DNA of 64,000 bases from Bacilli bacterium (GTDB taxonomy: Bacteria; Bacillota_I; Bacilli_A; RF39; UBA660). The translations under genes were made by a program, and so were the position numbers. Positions 45,637 to 55,763 of the stretch are shown here, in pieces. The notes under the pieces are model-generated. The model ran no database searches. It was not told the DNA's origin and saw only the letters and a program-made list of their open reading frames with translations. The DNA lies in NCBI GenBank assembly GCA_017410525.1, contig JAFQQQ010000002.1, forward strand, positions 205,591-269,590. The letters run 5' to 3'. How positions within the stretch are numbered: position 1 is the stretch's first letter; each line of letters starts with the position of its first letter.

Positions 45637-46074
45637 ATGAGTAAAAATAATGAAGAAGTAAACGTATTAGATGAATTAAATAAAGGTGCTTGTATGGGTA
45701 GAGATGCCATTCACTTTATAATGGATAAAGTAGAAGATGAAAATTTAAAAAAAGAATTAGATAGACAATATAGAGAATACAAAGAAATAAGTGAAGAAAT
45801 AAATAAAATATATCCTGAATATAGTGAAGACGAACCACATAAAACAAGTGCTATGAATAAGATGATGACTTGGTACGGAATTGAAATGAAAACTTTGATG
45901 GATTCTAGTACTTCTAAAATTGCAGAACTTTTAATGCAAGGAACTAATATGGGAATTATTGAAGGTAGAAGACTTTTAAATGATAAAAATACTGATGAAG
46001 AAATAAATAAATTAGTAGAAAAATATGTACAAGTACAAGAAACTGCTGTAGAAAAATTAAAACCATTTTTATAA
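45637..46074 (+). CDS. Hypothetical helical-bundle protein
   Basis: 145-aa all-helical-looking sequence. It may belong to a ferritin-like/four-helix-bundle DUF; not confidently recognised. Confidence 0.5.
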   Translation: MSKNNEEVNVLDELNKGACMGRDAIHFIMDKVEDENLKKELDRQYREYKEISEEINKIYPEYSEDEPHKTSAMNKMMTWYGIEMKTLMDSSTSKIAELLMQGTNMGIIEGRRLLNDKNTDEEINKLVEKYVQVQETAVEKLKPFL

Positions 46075-46126
46075 TAAGCAATGCTTATTATTTTTTGTTT
46101 GAATATAATTAAAAGGGAGTGATTTA

Positions 46127-47071
46127 ATGGATTATAAATATTATTATTCAAATAATAACGGTAAAGACGATTACGGATTAAAATATGTTGATGAGTGTGG
46201 TAATGGATTAAAGTGTACTGAGTATAAAATACAATATCCACCACAGTGTCAATGTGAACAACCTGGTATGGAGTATATGATGCATCCAAGGCCTGTATTT
46301 GATAACCCTAATTATATAGGTTCTGGTAAATTAAAAGATAAAGTTGCAATCATAACAGGTGGAGATTCTGGTATTGGTAGAGCAGTTGCTATTGCTTATG
46401 TAAAAGAAGGAGCTAAAGTTGTATTACCTTATTTAAATGAACATATAGATGCTAATGAAACTAAACAATATATAGATTCTTTAGGTGGTACTTGTATACT
46501 TATGCCTGGGGATATTAAAGATCCTAACTTTTGTGACTACATAGTTGAAGAAGCAATGAAAAATTTTGGTAAGATAGATATACTTGTAAATAATGCAGGG
46601 GTTCAATTTCAAACAAAGAGTTTGCTTGATATAAGTGATGAACAATTTGATGTAACTATGAAAATAAATATGTATTCTATATTTTATTTAACTAAAAGAG
46701 CACTAAAATACATGCATCCTGGAGCATCTATAATAAATGTTAGTTCAGTAACAACTTTCTATGGTGAACCAGAACTAATAGACTATGTAACTAGTAAAGG
46801 TGCTATAATAGGATTTACTAGGGCACTTTCAACAAACTTAGCAGACAAAAATATAAGAGTAAATGCAGTTGCTCCTGGATACTTTTGGACTGCACTTCAA
46901 CCTGCTTGCTGGGAAGCAGAAAAGATTCCAACGCTAGGTGCAGATGCTCCTATGAAAAGAGCAGGTGAAACATTTGAAATAGCACCTTTATTTGTATATC
47001 TTGCAAGTAGTGATTCTTCATATGTTACAGGACAAACAATGCATATAAATGGCGGACTATATAAAGGATAA
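46127..47071 (+). CDS. Short-chain dehydrogenase/reductase (general-stress YhxC/YdaD-like)
   Basis: ITGGDSGIGRA (TGxxxGxG), NNAG, YVTSK (YxxxK), and the N-terminal extension typical of this SDR subgroup. Confidence 0.8.
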   Translation: MDYKYYYSNNNGKDDYGLKYVDECGNGLKCTEYKIQYPPQCQCEQPGMEYMMHPRPVFDNPNYIGSGKLKDKVAIITGGDSGIGRAVAIAYVKEGAKVVLPYLNEHIDANETKQYIDSLGGTCILMPGDIKDPNFCDYIVEEAMKNFGKIDILVNNAGVQFQTKSLLDISDEQFDVTMKINMYSIFYLTKRALKYMHPGASIINVSSVTTFYGEPELIDYVTSKGAIIGFTRALSTNLADKNIRVNAVAPGYFWTALQPACWEAEKIPTLGADAPMKRAGETFEIAPLFVYLASSDSSYVTGQTMHINGGLYKG

Positions 47072-47127
47072 AAAAGTTGTATAACTTTTTTTCTTTTTGC
47101 TCAATATAAAAAAGAAAGGAGATAGTT

Positions 47128-47352
47128 ATGCAAGAAACTTATAATGCAGTACCAAATATTGTTAGTTCAAAAGATTTAGATTATTTAAGTGATATGTTTA
47201 ATTGGAATTATGGTGCTTATAAAAGTAGTTTGAATGCTTCTAATTCAGTTATGGATGAAAATTTGAGTAATCTATTATTAAAAGCATCTAATATATTTCA
47301 TAGTAATATGAGTAAAGTATTAAATATGATTATGGGAGGTAACAATGAATAA
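47128..47352 (+). CDS. Small spore-coat-associated-like protein
   Basis: 74-aa ORF paired and overlapping (8 nt) with the CotF-like gene. Assignment is by context only. Confidence 0.45.
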   Translation: MQETYNAVPNIVSSKDLDYLSDMFNWNYGAYKSSLNASNSVMDENLSNLLLKASNIFHSNMSKVLNMIMGGNNE

Positions 47353-47659
47353 TAGTATTAGTAATCCTAAAACAGAAGTACCTAAAGGAACAAGTATAAA
47401 TGATAAAGATTATATGAATTCATTACTTGGTACTTTAAAAGAAATGGTTAAAAATTATGCAGTTGCTTTAACAGAAGTAAGTAATGAAACTCTATATAAA
47501 GAATTTAAAAATATGTTTGATGAATATACAAATTTACAAAGAGAAGTTTATGAAGTAATGTTTAGAAAAGGTTGGTACACAATAGAGGTAGCAGAACAAC
47601 AAAAATTAGATAATAAACACCAAATACTAAATCAAGAGTTTATGGATTTACAAAGTTAA
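47345..47659 (+). CDS. Spore coat protein F-like (Coat_F domain)
   Basis: DKDYMNSLLGTLKEMVKNYAVALTEVSNETLY...REVYEVMFRKGWY fits the CotF/YraD pattern. Confidence 0.65.
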   Translation: MNNSISNPKTEVPKGTSINDKDYMNSLLGTLKEMVKNYAVALTEVSNETLYKEFKNMFDEYTNLQREVYEVMFRKGWYTIEVAEQQKLDNKHQILNQEFMDLQS

Positions 47660-47721
47660 AGACTTATGTCTTTTTTTGTATACATAAAAATATTATGTTA
47701 ATACTAATATTGGTGATATGT

Positions 47722-49170
47722 ATGAGTATATGGAATAAGAAAGAAATAAAAAGAGATATACAAAGATTAAATAAAGATATAGAAGTAGATATATTAATTA
47801 TAGGTGCTGGTATTACCGGAATGACTACCGCATACTTTCTGAAAGATAAAAATATATGTGTAGTAGACGCCAATAGGATAGGTCATGGGGTAACTTTAAA
47901 TACAACAGCTAAAATAAATTATTTTCAAGAGAGAGTGTATACAAAAATAAAAAATATTAGAGATGAGAAATCAGCTAAAAAATATCTGAAATCTCAAATA
48001 AGCGCTATTAAAGATATAAAAGAAATAATAGAAAAAGAAAATATAAATTGTGATTTTAAAATGGTAGATTCGTATGTATTTAGTAATAAAGAAAGTGAAA
48101 CACAACCATTAAAAAAAGAAATAGAATTTTTAAAAGAAAATAATATACAAGTAAAACAAAAAGAATTGCCTAATAAAATAACTCAGTACTTATCTTACTG
48201 TGTAAGTGATACATATATTTTCAATCCTATAAAGTACTTAGAAGGAATTTATAAAATATTAAAAGAAAAAAATATAAATATATTTGAAGAAACTAAAATA
48301 TTAAAAATAAAAAAGAAAGATGATTATTATATTTGTTATAGTAATAAATATAAAATAAAGACTAAAAAAGTAATACTTGCTTGTCATTATCCTTATTTTA
48401 TATTACCATTTTTACTACCTTTAAGGTCTCATATAGAAAAATCTTATATAGTTATTAGTAGAGTTAAGAAAGATTTGAATTTTACTTGTATAAGTTCATC
48501 TAGTCCGACTTATTCTTGTAGATTTTATAATGATGGAGATAATATATATCAAATATCTTTAGCAGAATCCCATAATACAAGTATCAAACAAAATGATGAA
48601 TATCACTTTAAAAGAGTTAAAGAAATATTTAATTTGAAAGAGAGTGATATAGTAATAACTTATTCTAATGTAGATATAATGACTCCGGATCATATGCCTT
48701 ATATAGGTAGATTAAAAGATAATATTTATATAGCGTGTGGTTATAATACATGGGGTATGACTAATGGGGTACTAGCTGCTAGAATACTGAGTGATATGAT
48801 ACTAAATAAAGAAAATGAATATGTAGAAGTGTTTAATCCTAATAGAATAAATATTGCTAATATAGTAGATTTACCTAACATAATATTTAGTCAAACAAAA
48901 TCATTCTTTGGGCCTAAATTAGTAAAAAACAAATCATGGTATAACGGTAATATAACCTTTATAAATAAAGAAGGCAAAAGTTTAGCTGTATACAAAGATG
49001 AAAAAGGAAATAATCACATTATACATAATAAATGTCCGCATTTTGGATGTAGTTTAATTTTTAATGAAGAAGAAAAAACTTGGGATTGTCCTTGTCATTC
49101 ATCTAGGTTTGATATAGATGGTAGATGCATTAAAGGACCAAGTAATTATGATATCTCTTATAAAGAATAA
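47722..49170 (+). CDS. FAD-dependent oxidoreductase with a C-terminal Rieske [2Fe-2S] domain
   Basis: VDILIIGAGITGMTTA (GxGxxG dinucleotide fold). C-terminus CPHFGC...CPCHSSRF (Rieske CxH...CxxH). ATG at 47722 preferred. Confidence 0.75.
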   Translation: MSIWNKKEIKRDIQRLNKDIEVDILIIGAGITGMTTAYFLKDKNICVVDANRIGHGVTLNTTAKINYFQERVYTKIKNIRDEKSAKKYLKSQISAIKDIKEIIEKENINCDFKMVDSYVFSNKESETQPLKKEIEFLKENNIQVKQKELPNKITQYLSYCVSDTYIFNPIKYLEGIYKILKEKNINIFEETKILKIKKKDDYYICYSNKYKIKTKKVILACHYPYFILPFLLPLRSHIEKSYIVISRVKKDLNFTCISSSSPTYSCRFYNDGDNIYQISLAESHNTSIKQNDEYHFKRVKEIFNLKESDIVITYSNVDIMTPDHMPYIGRLKDNIYIACGYNTWGMTNGVLAARILSDMILNKENEYVEVFNPNRINIANIVDLPNIIFSQTKSFFGPKLVKNKSWYNGNITFINKEGKSLAVYKDEKGNNHIIHNKCPHFGCSLIFNEEEKTWDCPCHSSRFDIDGRCIKGPSNYDISYKE

Positions 49171-49233
49171 ATACAAAGTATTTATTTTTTTATTTTGGTG
49201 TAGTATAATTTATATAGAAAGTAGAGTGGTTTA

Positions 49234-50241
49234 ATGAAAATATTAGTTACAGGTGGTACAGGTTATATTGGTAGTCATACTTGTGTTGAATTATTAGATG
49301 CAGGATATGAAATAGTAGTTATTGATAATTTATCTAATTCCAAAATAGAAGTAGTAGATAAAATAAAAGAAATAACAGGTAAAGAATTTAAATTTTATGA
49401 AGGAGATTGCTGTGATAAAAATATTTTAACTAAAATATTTGAAGAAAACGAAATATCTGCAGTAATACATTTTGCAGGTTTTAAAGCAGTAGGAGAATCT
49501 GTATTAAAACCTTTAAAATATTATAGAAATAATTTGGATTCAACAATAACTTTATTAGAAGTAATGAGTGAATATAGTATTAAAAAAATCGCATTCTCAT
49601 CAAGTGCTACAGTATATGGCAAACCGGAAACATTACCAATCAAAGAAGATTTCCCACTATCAACAACTAATCCTTATGGAACAACTAAGTTGATGATAGA
49701 AGATATACTTAGAGATTTGTATGTATCAGATAATGAATGGAGTATAGCTATACTTAGATACTTTAATCCAATAGGGGCTCATAAGTCAGGACTTATAGGA
49801 GAAAATCCTAATGATATTCCAAATAATTTAATGCCATATATAGTTAAAGTAGCGACACATGAACTTGAGTGTCTTAGTGTATTTGGAAATGACTATGATA
49901 CAAAAGATGGCACAGGTGTAAGAGACTATATTCATGTAGTAGATCTTGCTAAAGGACATATTAAAGCGTTAGAAAAAGTATTAAAAGATAAAGGTGTAGA
50001 TGCATATAACTTAGGTACAGGTAATGGATATAGTGTTTTAGAAATCGTTAATACATTTATGGATGTAAATAAGATAGATGTTAACTATAAAATAACAGAT
50101 AGAAGACCTGGAGACATAGATGCCTGTTATGCAGATCCAACTTATGCTAAAGAGAAACTTAATTGGGAAGCAAATCTAGGAATTGAAGAAATGTGTGAAG
50201 ATGCATATAACTTTGTTAAAAAATTTAAAGAAGACAAATAG
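49234..50241 (+). CDS. galE: UDP-glucose 4-epimerase
   Basis: MKILVTGGTGYIGSH, SSSATVYG, YGTTK (YxxxK), RPGD. Confidence 0.92.
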   Translation: MKILVTGGTGYIGSHTCVELLDAGYEIVVIDNLSNSKIEVVDKIKEITGKEFKFYEGDCCDKNILTKIFEENEISAVIHFAGFKAVGESVLKPLKYYRNNLDSTITLLEVMSEYSIKKIAFSSSATVYGKPETLPIKEDFPLSTTNPYGTTKLMIEDILRDLYVSDNEWSIAILRYFNPIGAHKSGLIGENPNDIPNNLMPYIVKVATHELECLSVFGNDYDTKDGTGVRDYIHVVDLAKGHIKALEKVLKDKGVDAYNLGTGNGYSVLEIVNTFMDVNKIDVNYKITDRRPGDIDACYADPTYAKEKLNWEANLGIEEMCEDAYNFVKKFKEDK

Positions 50242-50309
50242 TCTTCTTTTTGTTTAAAAAATATTTTCTTTTTAAATAAAGTGTGTTATAATTAATTAGT
50301 AATGAATCT

Positions 50310-50385
50310 GTCTCCTTAGCTCAGTTGGTAGAGCAACTGACTCTTAATCAGTGGGTCTAGGGTTCGAATCCCTAAGGGGACACCA
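50310..50385 (+). tRNA. tRNA-Lys (anticodon CUU)
   Basis: GTCTCCTTAGCTCAGTTGGTAGAGCAACTGACTCTTAATCAGTGGGTCTAGGGTTCGAATCCCTAAGGGGACACCA. A terminator follows at about 50396-50432. Confidence 0.92.
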
Positions 50386-50457
50386 TTGGATATTAAAGAT
50401 TCTTGGTTTAGATTCAAGAATCTTTTTATTATAATTTTGGATTAAAGAGGGATGATT

Positions 50458-50808
50458 ATGAAAAAGAAAGGTTTTACATTAGTTGAATTACTTGCTGTTT
50501 TAGTTATTTTATCTATTTTATCAATTATTGCTACAGTTACGGTTAGTTCTATATTAAATGATTCTAAAAGTTCACTTTCTGATAGGCAAAAAAGAAATAT
50601 AGAAAATGCTGCAGAAACTTATTATTTAAAAGAAGGCATGAACTCTAATGATATGTGTATTAGTGTTGAAGAACTAATAGAAAAAGGATACATTGATAGT
50701 GTTACTGTAAAAGATCCACAGGACAGGAAAGAAATGACTGGATATGTAAAAATAACTTATGCTTCAAATCAATATTCATATAAATATCAAGAAATTTCTT
50801 GTGAATAA
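50458..50808 (+). CDS. Type IV pilin / pseudopilin-like protein (prepilin-type N-terminal methylation motif)
   Basis: KKGFTLVELLAVLVILSIL: the G/F cleavage-methylation site with Glu at +5. Confidence 0.75.
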   Translation: MKKKGFTLVELLAVLVILSILSIIATVTVSSILNDSKSSLSDRQKRNIENAAETYYLKEGMNSNDMCISVEELIEKGYIDSVTVKDPQDRKEMTGYVKITYASNQYSYKYQEISCE

Positions 50809-50850
50809 AAATTAAAAATCTTCTCACAATATTAGTGGGAGGATTTTTTT

Positions 50851-51291
50851 ATGGAAAAAAAAGAATATAAAAAGATAGTAGATAAATATACTCCAGATGA
50901 ACCTAGATTTAGAAATGCATTGATTGCTTTTATAATAGGTGGATTTATGGGAGTGTTAGGTAATTTTTTAGTAGACTTTTATTCATCAACATTTGATTTA
51001 TCTAGTAAGGATGCTAGTGTATTTATGATTATTACTTTGGTTTTTTTAGGATGTTTTCTAACTTGTTTAGGATTTTTTGATAAATGGGTAGGGTTTGCTA
51101 AATGTGGACTTATTATACCTATAACAGGATTTGCACATGCTATGATGAGTGCAGCTTTAGAATATAGAAAAGAAGGTTTGGTAACGGGGATAGGTTCTAA
51201 TATGTTTAAACTTGCTGGTTCGGTAATTATATTTGGCGTTGTTTCAGCATACATATTTGGGCTTTTAAGATTACTTGTAATAGGAGGTTAA
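50851..51291 (+). CDS. spoVAC: Stage V sporulation protein AC
   Basis: YTPDEPRFRNALIAFIIGGFMGVLGNF and 4 TM helices, with spoVAD/AEb directly downstream. Confidence 0.88.
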   Translation: MEKKEYKKIVDKYTPDEPRFRNALIAFIIGGFMGVLGNFLVDFYSSTFDLSSKDASVFMIITLVFLGCFLTCLGFFDKWVGFAKCGLIIPITGFAHAMMSAALEYRKEGLVTGIGSNMFKLAGSVIIFGVVSAYIFGLLRLLVIGG

Positions 51292-51292
51292 T

Positions 51293-52282
51293 ATGACTTT
51301 TAAATATAATAATGTATATATAAATGAAACTAGTACAGTAGTTGGACCCTATGAAGCAAAAGGGCCTTTTTCTAAACTTTATGATAAGTGTTATAAAGAT
51401 TTTTATTTTAACGAAAAGACATGGGAACAAGCAGAAACTAAATTAATACAAGAAAGTGTAGAAATATTATTAAAAAAATCAAATAGGAAAAATAGTAAAA
51501 TTGATGTACATATTGGTGGTGACTTATTAAATCAAATAGTTGCGACTAATTATGCATCTGCTATAATAGGTATACCTTTAATAGGTATATATTCGGCGTG
51601 TGCAACGAGTAACTTAAGTTTATTACTTGCTAGTAATATGATAGAAGCAAATCAAATACAGAATGCTATAGTAACTGCATCCTCTCATAACAATAGTGCA
51701 GAAAAGCAATATAGAAACCCAGTAGAATATGGTGGGCCTAAAAAAGAATATTCAACATTTACAACTACAGGATGTGCTGCTTGTTATTTATCTAATGAAG
51801 AGTCAAAAATAAAAGTAGAGTCCGCAACCCTAGGCACAGTGGTTGATATGGGAATAACTGATGTATTTAATATGGGAGCAGTTATGGCTCCAGCAGCTGC
51901 TAAAGTAATAAATGACCATTTAAAAGATACTGGTAGAAAAATAGAATATTATGATTTAATACTTACTGGTGATTTAGGAGTAGTAGGTAAAATGATTTTA
52001 AAAGATTATATGAAACAGGAATATAATATTACTTTAAAAAATTATGATGATTCTGCTTGTATGATATTTGATATGGATACACAACCGGTTTATATGGGTG
52101 GTAGTGGAGTATCTTGTTTACCACTTGTTGCTTATACACACGTACTTAATAAAATGAAAAAAGGTGAGTTAAAGAAAGTTTTATTAGTTGCTACAGGTGC
52201 TTTAATGAATCCTACTATGTGTAATCAGCACTTATCTATACCTAGTATTGCTCATGCAATTAGTTTGGAGGCGGTTAAATGA
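51293..52282 (+). CDS. spoVAD: Stage V sporulation protein AD
   Basis: STVVGPYEAKGPF, a thiolase-like fold (YSACATS), 329 aa. Confidence 0.88.
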   Translation: MTFKYNNVYINETSTVVGPYEAKGPFSKLYDKCYKDFYFNEKTWEQAETKLIQESVEILLKKSNRKNSKIDVHIGGDLLNQIVATNYASAIIGIPLIGIYSACATSNLSLLLASNMIEANQIQNAIVTASSHNNSAEKQYRNPVEYGGPKKEYSTFTTTGCAACYLSNEESKIKVESATLGTVVDMGITDVFNMGAVMAPAAAKVINDHLKDTGRKIEYYDLILTGDLGVVGKMILKDYMKQEYNITLKNYDDSACMIFDMDTQPVYMGGSGVSCLPLVAYTHVLNKMKKGELKKVLLVATGALMNPTMCNQHLSIPSIAHAISLEAVK

Positions 52283-52629
52283 TACATTTTAATGCTTTTG
52301 TTTTTTGTGGTATAGTTTGTTTAATAGGACAAATAATACTTGACAATACTAAACTTACTCCTGGGCACATTACAACTATATTTGTAATAGTAGGAGCATT
52401 CTTAGATGTATTTAATATTTATGATAAATTTGTGCTTTGGGCAGGTGGTGGAGCTTTAGTACCAATAACTTCTTTCGGTCATTTACTTATACATGGTGCA
52501 ATGGATACTGTAAATAATTATGGTGTAATGGGATTATTTATGGGGATGTTTGATTTAACGTCTTCTGGAATAGTCGCTGCTATTATATTTTCGTTTGTTT
52601 TATCTTTAATTTTTCAACCTAGAGATTAA
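52279..52629 (+). CDS. spoVAE: Stage V sporulation protein AE (AEb-type)
   Basis: 116-aa, 3-4 TM, FVFCGIVCLIGQIILD. ATGA overlap with spoVAD. Confidence 0.85.
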   Translation: MIHFNAFVFCGIVCLIGQIILDNTKLTPGHITTIFVIVGAFLDVFNIYDKFVLWAGGGALVPITSFGHLLIHGAMDTVNNYGVMGLFMGMFDLTSSGIVAAIIFSFVLSLIFQPRD

Positions 52630-52720
52630 ATTTGTGTAAACTTAAAAATAATTTTTCAGAACTTATTGAAATTATAAAAAATATATGTTATAATTTGGTC
52701 ATAAAATAGGAGGTATGTTT

Positions 52721-52861
52721 ATGGCTAAAAGGGGTAGACCTTCAAATAAAGTTATAGCGAAAAGAAAAGTTGCTAAATCTAAAAGTGAATTATCACTATT
52801 AGTAGGAATTTTCTTCGTAGTTTTACTTTTAATACTAGGTTATTTCTTTTTAATTAAATAG
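52721..52861 (+). CDS. Small membrane protein (46 aa), not in the supplied track
   Basis: My translation is MAKRGRPSNKVIAKRKVAKSKSELSLLVGIFFVVLLLILGYFFLIK. RBS is TAGGAGGT. It has a basic N-terminus and one TM. Confidence 0.55.
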   Translation: MAKRGRPSNKVIAKRKVAKSKSELSLLVGIFFVVLLLILGYFFLIK

Positions 52862-53006
52862 AGTTATCTCTATTTTTTTTATTTAATTTTCATAAAAGAA
52901 AAAAGTGTTAAGTTTTTGTGTAAAAATATTGTAAATTTTACCAAAAATACTTGTTTTCGCTTTTTTTATTATGTATAATAAATTTGTATGTTAAAAGGAG
53001 GATTTT

Positions 53007-55640
53007 ATGACAAAATATGTTTATGCCTTTAAAGAAGGTAACAAAGACATGCGAAATTTGTTAGGTGGTAAAGGTGCTAACCTTGCTGAAATGACAGGTA
53101 TTGGACTTCCTGTTCCACAAGGATTTACTGTTACTACTGAAGCATGTATTAAGTATTATGATGATGGAGAAGATATATCTCAAGAAATCAAAGATGAAAT
53201 TTTAAGTCACTTAGAAGGACTTGAAAAAGAATCTGGAAAAAAATTTGGAGATATGGAAAATCCGTTATTAGTATCTGTTAGAAGTGGTGCTAGAGCATCT
53301 ATGCCAGGTATGATGGATACAGTTTTAAACTTAGGTTTGAATGATGAAGTTGCAAAAGGATTTGCTAAAGCTACAAACAATGCAAGATTTGTATACGATA
53401 GTTATAGAAGATTTATTCAAATGTTTGCTGATGTAGTTATGGGATTCCCAAAAAGTTCATTTGAAAGAAAATTTGATGCAATTAAAGAAGAAAAAAACGT
53501 TAAATTTGATACTGAATTAAGTGCTGAAGATTTAATGGAAGTTGTTGAAATTTACAAAAATGAATACAAAAATCATGCTGGTGTAGATTTTCCACAAGAT
53601 CCAAAAGATCAATTATTAGAAGCTGTAAAAGCTGTATTTAGAAGTTGGAATAATGATAGAGCAATCACTTATCGTAGATTAAATGATATTCCATCTAGTT
53701 GGGGAACTGCTGTTAACGTTCAAGAAATGGTTTATGGTAACCGTGGAGATGATTGTGGTACAGGTGTTGCATTTACAAGAAATCCAGCAACTGGAGAAAA
53801 GAAATTATACGGTGAATATTTAATGAATGCTCAAGGAGAAGATGTTGTTGCTGGTATTCGTACACCTCAAACAATTGATACTCTAAAAGAAGTTATGCCT
53901 GATTGCTATGATCAATTTGTAAAAATTTGTAATATTCTTGAAAATCATTACAAAGATATGCAAGATATGGAATTTACTATTGAAAACGGAAAACTTTTCA
54001 TGTTACAAACTCGTAATGGAAAAAGAACTGCTCAAGCTGCTTTAAAAATAGCTGTTGATTTAGTAAATGAAGGAATGATTTCTAAAGAAGAAGCTATTCT
54101 AAAAGTTGAACCAAAACAATTAGATCAATTATTACATCCAAACTTTGATGCTGCAAGCTTAAAGGCCGCTAAAGTAGTTGCAAAAGGTTTAGCTGCTTCT
54201 CCAGGAGCTGCAACTGGTAAAATTTACTTTACTGCAGAAGATGTTATGGAAGCTGCTAAACAAGGTGAAAAAGATATATTATTAGTTAGACTTGAAACTA
54301 GTCCAGAAGATATCGAAGGTATGAATATCGCTCACGGTATTTTAACTATCCGTGGTGGTATGACTAGCCATGCTGCAGTTGTTGCTCGTGGTATGGGTAC
54401 TTGCTGTGTATCTGGATGTGGTGAACTTGTAATAGATGAAGAAGCTAAAACTGTTAAAACAGTTGATGGTAAAGTATACAAAGAAGGAGACTGGATGAGC
54501 TTAGATGGTTCAACTGGTAATGTATACGGTGAACAAGTTAAAACTGTTGAACCAGAAATAAGCGGAGACTTTGAAACATTTATGGGATGGGCTGATAGTG
54601 TTAGAAGACTTAAAGTTAGAACTAATGCTGATTCACCAAGAGATGCAATTCAAGCTCGTAAATTTGGTGCTGAAGGTATAGGTCTATGCCGTACAGAACA
54701 CATGTTCTTTGAAGAAGAAAGAATTTTCAACTTCCGTAGAATGATTGCTGCTGATTCAGTAGAAATGAGAGAAGAAGCTTTAGAAAAAATCTTACCATAT
54801 CAAAGAAAAGATTTTGAAGGATTATTTGAAGCTATGGAAGGAGATCCTGTTGTAATTCGTTACTTAGATCCACCTTTACATGAATTCTTACCTCATACAG
54901 ATGCTGAAATTAAAGCTTTAGCTGAAAGTTTAGGAATGAGTTTTGAAGCATTAAAAAATCGTGTTGAATCATTAAAAGAATTCAATCCAATGATGGGACA
55001 TAGAGGATGTAGATTAGCTGTTACATATCCAGAAATAGCTAAAATGCAAACAAGAGCCGTTATTGAAGCTGCAATCAATGTAAATAAAAAAGGTATGAAC
55101 ATAATTCCTGAAATAATGATCCCACTTGTTGGAGATATTAATGAATTAAAATATGTTAAAAAAGTAGTTTGTGAAACTGCAGATGCTATAATTGCTGAAG
55201 CTGGGGTTGAACTTACTTACCATGTTGGAACAATGATAGAAATTCCAAGAGCTGCTGTTACAGCAGATGAAATAGCTAAAGAAGCTGAATTCTTCTCATT
55301 CGGAACTAATGACTTAACTCAAATGACATATGGTTTCTCAAGAGATGATGCTGCTAAATTCTTAAATGAATACTATACAAAAGGAATTTTTGAAAATGAT
55401 CCATTCGCTAAGTTAGATCAAAACGGTGTAGGTAAACTTGTTGAAATGGCTGCTAAACTTGGTAAATCAACTCGTCCTGATATCCATATGGGTATTTGTG
55501 GAGAACACGGTGGAGAACCAAGCAGTGTTGAATTCTGTCATAAGGTAGGACTTGACTATGTATCTTGTAGCCCATTCAGAGTACCTCTAGCTAGACTTGC
55601 TGCTGCACAAGCCTCTATCAAAGAAGGGATGAATAAGTAA
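53007..55640 (+). CDS. ppdK: Pyruvate, phosphate dikinase
   Basis: GGKGANLAEM, the phospho-His motif GGMTSHAAVVARGMG, GLCRTEHMF, FFSFGTNDLTQ. 877 aa. Noticeably less AT-rich codon usage than its neighbours. Confidence 0.97.
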   Translation: MTKYVYAFKEGNKDMRNLLGGKGANLAEMTGIGLPVPQGFTVTTEACIKYYDDGEDISQEIKDEILSHLEGLEKESGKKFGDMENPLLVSVRSGARASMPGMMDTVLNLGLNDEVAKGFAKATNNARFVYDSYRRFIQMFADVVMGFPKSSFERKFDAIKEEKNVKFDTELSAEDLMEVVEIYKNEYKNHAGVDFPQDPKDQLLEAVKAVFRSWNNDRAITYRRLNDIPSSWGTAVNVQEMVYGNRGDDCGTGVAFTRNPATGEKKLYGEYLMNAQGEDVVAGIRTPQTIDTLKEVMPDCYDQFVKICNILENHYKDMQDMEFTIENGKLFMLQTRNGKRTAQAALKIAVDLVNEGMISKEEAILKVEPKQLDQLLHPNFDAASLKAAKVVAKGLAASPGAATGKIYFTAEDVMEAAKQGEKDILLVRLETSPEDIEGMNIAHGILTIRGGMTSHAAVVARGMGTCCVSGCGELVIDEEAKTVKTVDGKVYKEGDWMSLDGSTGNVYGEQVKTVEPEISGDFETFMGWADSVRRLKVRTNADSPRDAIQARKFGAEGIGLCRTEHMFFEEERIFNFRRMIAADSVEMREEALEKILPYQRKDFEGLFEAMEGDPVVIRYLDPPLHEFLPHTDAEIKALAESLGMSFEALKNRVESLKEFNPMMGHRGCRLAVTYPEIAKMQTRAVIEAAINVNKKGMNIIPEIMIPLVGDINELKYVKKVVCETADAIIAEAGVELTYHVGTMIEIPRAAVTADEIAKEAEFFSFGTNDLTQMTYGFSRDDAAKFLNEYYTKGIFENDPFAKLDQNGVGKLVEMAAKLGKSTRPDIHMGICGEHGGEPSSVEFCHKVGLDYVSCSPFRVPLARLAAAQASIKEGMNK

Positions 55641-55763
55641 TTTAAAACGAAAATCGTTTTAATACCAATAAATATAAGGAATTAATATTGTAAAGATGTA
55701 TAATTCCTTGTAATTACAAATGTTCTTATAGGACAAATAAAAGTAAAAATATACAAAATATTA

